Source: Microcystis aeruginosa NIES-843 (GTDB lineage: Bacteria; Cyanobacteriota; Cyanobacteriia; Cyanobacteriales; Microcystaceae). Taken from it: DNA of 32,000 nt. Positions 26,493 through 32,000 of this stretch are shown in pieces. The stretch is taken from contig NC_010296.1 of the NCBI RefSeq assembly GCF_000010625.1, positions 4,620,001 through 4,652,000 on the forward strand, in the 5' to 3' direction. Both the position numbers and the translations under genes were made by a program. Position 1 is the first letter of the stretch; each line of letters starts with the position of its first letter. The notes under the pieces are model-generated. The model was not told the origin of the DNA. It ran no database searches and worked only from the letters and a program-made list of their open reading frames with translations.

Positions 26493-26565
26493 GGGTACGT
26501 AGCTCAGAGGATAGAGCACCAGGTTCCGGTCCTGGGTGTCGGGGGTTCGACTCCCTCCGTACTCG
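26493..26565 (+). tRNA. tRNA-Arg (anticodon CCG)
   Basis: Cloverleaf: acceptor GGGTACG/CGTACTC, D-arm GCTC-AGAGGATA-GAGC, anticodon arm CCAGG-TTCCGGT-CCTGG, variable loop GTGTC, and T-arm GGGGG-TTCGACT-CCCTC. A TATAAT lies at 26469-26474 upstream. Confidence 0.92.
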
Positions 26566-26574
26566 TTCAGAAAT

Positions 26575-27915
26575 CAGGGGTTGGTATTTTGACACTCCCC
26601 GCTCTAAAGAGACGGGGATTCTTGGTTCACAGAGATTACTTGCTTAGACAGAATTGCTTCTGAAAAAGTAGAGGTATTCTCTCCCCAAGCGTTTATTGGA
26701 TCGAGCCCAAAGGTTCCGGTATGCCCTACCGTACTTAGTCCCCTTTTAAGGATGTTGATTGCGGCGTTTTCATCCCTATCCAAAACACATCCACATTTGC
26801 ACTGATGGGTTCTAGTCGATAAAGATTTTTTGACAGTTTCACCACAGTTTGAACAGTTTTGGCTTGTATAATTCGGTGAGACAGCAATCGTTATCTTGCC
26901 GAATTTAACCCCAAAATACTCTATCCATTCCCGAAACTGATACCAGGCCGCATCATTTATCGATTTAGCTAGACAATGATTCTTGACTAAGTTCTTAACT
27001 CTTAAATCCTCGTAGGCTATCACATCGCTAGAGTGAACTACGCACCTTGCTAATTTCACAGCAAAGTCTTGACGTTGCCTATTTACTTTAAGGTGAGCTT
27101 TAGCTAATCTTTGTCTAGCTTTTTGACGATTTTTACTTCCCTTTTTCTTTTTAGATAATCGCCTTTGAAGTCGTTTTAATCGTTTCTCGGACTTTCTCAA
27201 GAATTGAGGATTATCAACCTTGTTGCCATTGTTATCTGTATAGAAAGAAGCCAAACCTACATCTAAGCCAATACACTTACCTGATGGTTTAACATCTTCT
27301 TTAACGTCACAAGAAAGGACAAATTGACAATAATAACCGTCCGCTCTCCGAATCAACCTAACCCGTTTAATATCGGATTCTTGAAAGTACCCTAAATCCC
27401 AAGTTCCTACCAACTTAAGAACACCAATGTTTTTCTTGTCAGTGAACTTAACAGTTTTAGGGCTAAGAAGCTTCCATCCTGATTGTTTGTATTCAACAGA
27501 GCGAGATTTTTAAAATTGAGGATACCCCTTTTTGCCTGATACTTTACGTTTACAGTTGTCGTAAAAACGACTAATTGAACTCCAAGCACGTTCAGCACTT
27601 GCCTGTCTAGCAGTTGAATTAAGTTCATCGGCAAATTTAAAGTCCTGAGCTAATTCTTTAGAATATCGGTATAAATCGTTCTTACCCGTACCTTTTGTAT
27701 CCATCCATAACCTTACACATTTGTTACGGATGAATTGAGCAGTACGAATAGCATCGTCTATGGCTTGATACTGTTGAGTTTTAGCTTTAACTTTAAACTC
27801 TAAGACAAACATTTTACGCAGGGGGGACTTAGACAAAATCAGTATAGCACAATAAAAGTTAAGTTAACAAGATATAGTTTAAAAAGCCGTCCTAAAAGGA
27901 CGGGGCTTTAACCCA
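26575..27915 (-). mobile_element. IS200/IS605-family tnpB-only (IS1341-like) element; boundaries approximate
   Basis: Contains a tnpB reading frame but no Y1 tnpA. Related subterminal hairpins share the GACGGGG motif at both ends, at 27883-27909 (AAAGCCGTCC-taaaa-GGACGGGGCTTT) and 26597-26617 (CCCCGCTCTaaaGAGACGGGG). Confidence 0.6.
26604..27812 (-). pseudogene. tnpB: tnpB (RNA-guided endonuclease TnpB/OrfB) interrupted by a single in-frame TAA
   Basis: The two ORF-track pieces (27510-27836 and 26604-27413) are in the same frame. Reading through gives ...GYPQF*KSRSVEYKQSGWKLLSPKTVKFTDKKNIGVLKLVGTWDL... with the only stop at 27510-27512. The RuvC D/E/D motifs (GLDVG, AYEDL, DRDENAA) and the zinc finger CSNCG...CKCGC are intact. 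The likely start is the ATG at 27812 (MFVLEFKVKAK). Confidence 0.8.
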
Positions 27916-28079
27916 AAATTTCGGTAAAGTATCATTGGAACTCCCCTGTGGTGGAAAACTGTCATTTGTTAAGCTAAAAGCTTAAATCTACTTAGTTTCT
28001 AACCTTCTTTTTGGGTAGGAGAATTGCCAGATTTTTTTTGCTGCTTCTTGCTTTCAGAAGCTGATAACTGATAGCTATA

Positions 28080-28976
28080 TTAATCCAGAGCGCGACGAAT
28101 TTGAAGACAACACCATTCTTGACGTTTCCACAGGGCAGCCACTGTCCAGCCTTGGGGTTCTAAAATATCTGTAACTGCTTGTGCTTGGGTGACGAGGATG
28201 CCGCTTAAAATTCCCCAAGTGGTGGGTTTTGCCAGACGGTTGATTTCGGGCATTAAAGCGATAATTGTCTCGGCTAAAATATTACAAACGATGCCATCGA
28301 CACCATCGGGAATTAATTCTAATAACTCCTCGACACTACCCTGATTAATAGCTAAATTTTCGGGGTTAATTCGGTTGAGATGGCGATTACTGCGCGTCGC
28401 ATTCACCGCCAGCGGATCTGTATCGACAGCATAAACTTTTTTGGCCCCCAATAAAATCGCTCCGATCGCGAGTATGCCAGAACCACAACCGATATCGGCG
28501 ATAATTTTAGGCTCTGGATGGCTACTTAAACGCATTTCTAGGGATTCTAGACATAATTGCGTGGTTGGATGCGTTCCCGTGCCAAAAGCGGAACCGGGGT
28601 CAATTTTAATCACCAATCTCTGGTTATTTTCGGGGGGATTTAACCAAGCAGGACAGATCAAAAAGCGATCGCCGATCTCGCTAATTTGCCAATGTTGTTT
28701 CCAACTGCTGGCCCAGTCTTCCTCGTCCATTAACTGCCAATGGCTGACAGGTTCGGGAAAACCTAAAATCAAAGCATCCTGCTTTAACCAGAGGCTTAGT
28801 GCCTCTAAATCGAGCAATTGCGCTTTAATTTCTGGTATATAGGCCTTAACCTCTAAAGAGGATTGTTTTTTAGCAGTGGCCGTTCCCGAACAGCCAAAAT
28901 CTTCCAGTCTCCAGAAAACCGTTTCTTCGAGACTAGGTTCGCACAAAACCGTAATTTCCCACCAACTATTAGACAT
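28080..28976 (-). CDS. prmA: ribosomal protein L11 methyltransferase
   Basis: Has the PrmA N-terminal domain (WWEITV...) and the SAM-binding motifs [15 protein letters not shown] and [11 protein letters not shown]. Confidence 0.88.
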   Translation of the reverse strand: MSNSWWEITVLCEPSLEETVFWRLEDFGCSGTATAKKQSSLEVKAYIPEIKAQLLDLEALSLWLKQDALILGFPEPVSHWQLMDEEDWASSWKQHWQISEIGDRFLICPAWLNPPENNQRLVIKIDPGSAFGTGTHPTTQLCLESLEMRLSSHPEPKIIADIGCGSGILAIGAILLGAKKVYAVDTDPLAVNATRSNRHLNRINPENLAINQGSVEELLELIPDGVDGIVCNILAETIIALMPEINRLAKPTTWGILSGILVTQAQAVTDILEPQGWTVAALWKRQEWCCLQIRRALD

Positions 28977-28978
28977 AT

Positions 28979-29011
28979 ATCAGTTATCAGTGATTAGGGA
29001 TCAGTTATCAG
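28979..29011. repeat. CAGTTAT-family heptamer patch
   Basis: Reads atcagttatcagtgattagggatcagttatcag. Its first 13 nt are the exact reverse complement of 29092-29104. Confidence 0.85.
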
Positions 29012-29068
29012 ATTTGAGTTTTCAGTCAACAGTATTAAGTGGCAAGTTCAGAGCTTTCTTTTCACTTA

Positions 29069-29105
29069 TTACTGATTACTGATTACTGTTTACTGATAAC
29101 TGATT
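29069..29105. repeat. CTGAT[T/A]A heptamer array (reverse orientation)
   Basis: Reads ttactgattactgattactgtttactgataactgat, directly below the serA stop. Confidence 0.85.
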
Positions 29106-29109
29106 TAAT

Positions 29110-30687
29110 CTAGAGTTTCACTGTATAAGCATCACGGATACCGGGGACTTTAGTAATTTCCGAGAGAAGACCTTCTGGTAAAGGATCATCGAGACTCAGG
29201 GCCATAACTGCGTCACCGCGAATAATTTTGCGTCCTACCTGCATACTGGCGATATTGACATTAAAACTGCCTAAAAGTGCGCCAATTTTGCCGATAATAC
29301 CGGGCATATCCTGGTGAAGGGTGAAGAGCATATGATTACTCGGTGGCACGTTAATTGGGAACTCATCGAGGTCAGTAATGCGGATTTCTCCGTTACTTAA
29401 CAGCGCTCCGGTGACGGAATGGGTACCCATGGAACCATTAGCTTCCAAATGAATCGATCCCGAATAGTCGCGGGTGGAAGCATCCCGGGTTTCGATTACC
29501 CGGATACCGCGTTCCTTAGCTTCGATCGCCGCATTAACATAGTTTACCCGTTCCCGGAGGGCTTGGGAAAGTAAACCCTTAATTGCCGCTATCACCAGGG
29601 GTTGACTGTCTTTAGTGGCCAATTCTCCCTGTAAACGGACATTTAACGAGTCACAGCGACCTCCTGCCAACTGGCTAACGAGATTACCCATAGTTTCCGC
29701 TAATTGCAGGTAAGGGCGCAGTTTTTCCATAACATCGGGAGTTAGTCCGGGGATATTAACGGCCGAACGCGCTGGCAAACCGAGGAGGACATCGCGAATT
29801 TGTTCGGCCACATCAATAGCCACATTCACCTGTGCTTCCGTAGTCGATGCGCCTAGGTGGGGAGTGAGGATGACGTTAGATAATTCTCTTAATCTAGATT
29901 CGCCTAAAGGTTCCTGTTCAAATACATCCAAGGCTGCCCCGGCGATTCTACCGGATTCGAGGGCTTCAATTAAAGCCAACTCGTCGATAATGCCGCCGCG
30001 GGAACAGTTAATGATGCGGACCGTGGGTTTCATCTTAGGGAGGGTTTCCCGACCGATGAGATGCTGGGTTTCGGGAGTTTTCGGGACGTGGAGAGTGATA
30101 AAATCGGACTCAGCAAAGAGTAATTCCAGATCTACCAAGGTGCAACCGAGTTGATCGGCGCGTTCTTTGGAAATAAAGGGATCGTAGGCGAGAATTTTCA
30201 TGCCTAGGGATCTAGCAACGGCGGCGACGTGGGAACCAATTTTACCTAAACCGACGACTCCTAGGTTCTTTTTATAAACTTCTGTGCCGATAAAGCGATT
30301 TCTTTCCCATTTATTCGCTTTTACCGACTGATTGGCATCGGGAATATGACGGGAGAGGGATAACATCATGGCCAAGGCGTGTTCGGCAGCGGCGATCGTG
30401 TTACCTTCGGGAGAGTTAACGACAATAATACCCTGACGAGTGGCCGCGGGAACATCGATATTATCGACTCCTACCCCTGCGCGGCCGATAATTTGCAGTT
30501 TGCTGCCCGCTTCGACGATTTCTTTGGTGACGCGGGTACTGGAACGGAGCATCAGTGCGTCGTATTCGGGGATAATTTGAATGATTTCCTCAGCGGATAG
30601 TCCTGTTTTCACGTCCACTTGGGCAACCTGTGACAGAATTTCTACTCCTACCGGATCGATCGAATCGGATACCAGAACTTTGGCCAT
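29110..30687 (-). CDS. serA: D-3-phosphoglycerate dehydrogenase
   Basis: 525 aa with the NAD-binding motif GVVGLGKIGSHVA, the 2-hydroxyacid dehydrogenase catalytic region (RGGIIDE, TPHLGAST) and a C-terminal ACT domain. Confidence 0.9.
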   Translation of the reverse strand: MAKVLVSDSIDPVGVEILSQVAQVDVKTGLSAEEIIQIIPEYDALMLRSSTRVTKEIVEAGSKLQIIGRAGVGVDNIDVPAATRQGIIVVNSPEGNTIAAAEHALAMMLSLSRHIPDANQSVKANKWERNRFIGTEVYKKNLGVVGLGKIGSHVAAVARSLGMKILAYDPFISKERADQLGCTLVDLELLFAESDFITLHVPKTPETQHLIGRETLPKMKPTVRIINCSRGGIIDELALIEALESGRIAGAALDVFEQEPLGESRLRELSNVILTPHLGASTTEAQVNVAIDVAEQIRDVLLGLPARSAVNIPGLTPDVMEKLRPYLQLAETMGNLVSQLAGGRCDSLNVRLQGELATKDSQPLVIAAIKGLLSQALRERVNYVNAAIEAKERGIRVIETRDASTRDYSGSIHLEANGSMGTHSVTGALLSNGEIRITDLDEFPINVPPSNHMLFTLHQDMPGIIGKIGALLGSFNVNIASMQVGRKIIRGDAVMALSLDDPLPEGLLSEITKVPGIRDAYTVKL

Positions 30688-31010
30688 AATCTTTATAACG
30701 TGCTTTTTTCAGTCTACGGGCAAATGCTAGACCAATATTCGGGTCTAGCCGCAATAGCCCATTTTAGAAGCAAAGGGTGCAGTCTATGGCAAAATTAGCG
30801 AAAAGATTTTAGGTTGTCCTTCTCTTTGTCGTCCATGGTGTTGATGTCAGTCTCTTGCCGTTGTCACTGAGATATGGCTAATTTAATCACGGTGGCGATC
30901 GAGTTTTCTGCTTCTTTTTCTAGGGCCTTTTCTAGGGCTGCCATTGCTTCTGTTTGAAAATTTCTAAGTAGCTGGTTATAATTAAATTAAGAATAGATTT
31001 TAGGTTCGAT

Positions 31011-31073
31011 CCCCCCTGCCCCCCTTGATAAGGGGGGTGCCGATAGGCGGGGGTATCCCCCTTAATAAGGAGG
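31011..31073. repeat. cluster of short C-run/G-run hairpins
   Basis: CCCCCCTT-gat-AAGGGGGG (31019-31037; 8-bp stem, 3-nt loop), then GGGGG-tat-CCCCC, then CCCCCTT-aat-AAGGAGG. Confidence 0.7.
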
Positions 31074-31121
31074 CATCTGATAATTTTTAACGCCTACCTA
31101 CTTATGATATTCACACAGTAG

Positions 31122-31158
31122 AGAAAAAGCCAAAAACCTCCGTTAAGGATAACGGAGG
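31122..31158 (-). terminator. rho-independent terminator of ilvB
   Basis: On the - strand, 26 nt after the ilvB stop: CCTCCGTTA-tcct-TAACGGAGG (perfect 9-bp stem) followed by TTTTTGGCTTTTTCT. Confidence 0.8.
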
Positions 31159-31184
31159 CTGGTTAATTAATTAACAATTTTCAG

Positions 31185-32000
31185 CTACAATTTCGCCCCA
31201 CATTCAGGACAGAATTTATTATTCCAACTGTTAACCGCGCCACAACTGGGACAATTGAGCATTTCACAACCCCCGGTGACAATTTTCGGTAAACCAATCA
31301 TACGGGCATTACTTTGACCGGGGGCGACCATGGGATAACAATTTTCATCCTTAGTCACGATCGCATTGACCAAAACCGGACCATCATGGGCCAACATTTC
31401 GGCAATTTTTGCGGCTAATTCCTCTCGATGGCGAATAGTAATGCCTTTAATGCCGTAAGCTTGGGCTAACAGTTCCACATCCGGCATTCCCGCTTCCATA
31501 TTGGAATTAGAATAACGTTCCCCATAGAAAGCTTCTTGCCATTGACGTACCATACCCTGCCAACCATTATTAATAATAATCGTCTTGGCATGAATATTAA
31601 ATTGGGTTAGGGTGGCCAATTCCTGTAGATTCATTTGGAAACTGGAATCACCACTAATACAGATGACCTCCTCATCGGGAATAGCCACCTTTACCCCCAT
31701 CGCAGCCGGTAAACCGAAACCCATCGTCCCCAATCCCGCGCTAGAAATCCAACGTCGGGGTCCATTTTTGAGGAATTGGGCCGCCCACATCTGATGCTGG
31801 CCCACATCGGTGGTATAGTAGGCGTGGGGTGCTTGACGACCCACCTCAACGATCACTTCTTGGGGGGAAAGTCTGCCTTCTGGTCGAGGTACTTGCAGGG
31901 GATAATCTTGTCGCCAGCGCTCGATCTGGGCTAACCAAGCTTGGGTGCGATCGGAATTAGTGGGATAATCAAATTCTCTGGCTTTTTGGAGTATTTGTTC
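31185..32000 (-). CDS. ilvB: acetolactate synthase (AHAS) large subunit, C-terminal 271 codons (5' end outside window), with a C-terminal zinc-ribbon extension
   Basis: The ThDP-binding region [14 protein letters not shown]...[14 protein letters not shown]...[12 protein letters not shown] is present. I translated 31857-32000 by hand and the frame stays open to the window edge (the 'M' at 31856 is an internal GTG Val). The tail is CPSCG-x10-CPECG. Confidence 0.88.
   Translation of the reverse strand, partial: EQILQKAREFDYPTNSDRTQAWLAQIERWRQDYPLQVPRPEGRLSPQEVIVEVGRQAPHAYYTTDVGQHQMWAAQFLKNGPRRWISSAGLGTMGFGLPAAMGVKVAIPDEEVICISGDSSFQMNLQELATLTQFNIHAKTIIINNGWQGMVRQWQEAFYGERYSNSNMEAGMPDVELLAQAYGIKGITIRHREELAAKIAEMLAHDGPVLVNAIVTKDENCYPMVAPGQSNARMIGLPKIVTGGCEMLNCPSCGAVNSWNNKFCPECGAKL

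Noticed and set aside
26437-26595. 53-codon N-terminal extension of the surE ORF in the track ([26 protein letters not shown]...)
   Set aside because: It is the antisense reading of tRNA-Arg(CCG) at 26493-26565. SurE homologues start at [16 protein letters not shown] (ATG at 26436).
27407-27634. 75-aa - strand ORF inside the IS element
   Set aside because: It is an alternative frame overlapping tnpB. The tnpB pieces join in a single frame across one TAA, so no frameshift product is needed.
28021-28060. T8 run plus GCTTCT...AGAAGC hairpin below the prmA stop as a terminator
   Set aside because: On the - strand the hairpin is followed by an A-run rather than a U-run. On the + strand the T-run precedes the hairpin. 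Neither orientation fits an intrinsic terminator.
30865-30944. 26-codon - strand ORF (MAALEKALEKEAENSIATVIKLAISQ) upstream of serA
   Set aside because: It is too short, has no Shine-Dalgarno sequence and matches no recognisable family. It may be a gene remnant.

Overview
The window looks like a cyanobacterial chromosome segment. GCGATCGC (HIP1) palindromes are frequent, for example at 96-103, and CAGTTAT/CTGATAA heptamer microsatellites fill many spacers, a style I associate with Microcystis-like genomes. Most of the window is housekeeping: carB (3' part), tldD-like, tatA (missed by the ORF track), lpdA, queG, a HAD hydrolase, tRNA-Leu(UAA), ndhL, a DUF3007-like gene, a GH88-like hydrolase, a ycf45-like AAA/R3H protein, ldpA, an XRE HTH regulator, surE, tRNA-Arg(CCG), prmA, serA and ilvB (3' part). 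The stretch worth attention is an accessory block at about 9.7-19.3 kb with two modules. The first (9776-16631, + strand) is a standalone AAA+/STAND-like P-loop ATPase followed by a 1793-aa giant. The giant reads as a Walker-A-less N-terminal module, helical repeats, an nSTAND-like P-loop NTPase, an Ala-rich coiled coil, a single TM helix and about 800 aa of WD40 repeats, with no recognisable effector domain. The second (16643-18700, - strand) is a radical SAM/SPASM peptide maturase preceded by two paralogous precursor genes. Their C-termini are packed Trp-x-Asn triplets (WHN-WNN-WGN and WGD-WYN-G-WRN-WAN-WGN-Y) and their N-termini look like Sec signal peptides. A retropepsin-like DTGA protease gene sits divergently next to them. 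Other notable items are a tnpB-only IS200/IS605-type element with one in-frame TAA beside tRNA-Arg, a ~200-bp dispersed element found only at convergent gene junctions and carrying an internal 7-mer VNTR, and G4/i-motif-prone microsatellite blocks upstream of tldD. All family names come from motif recognition by eye. No HMM or BLAST search was run, and domain boundaries are approximate.
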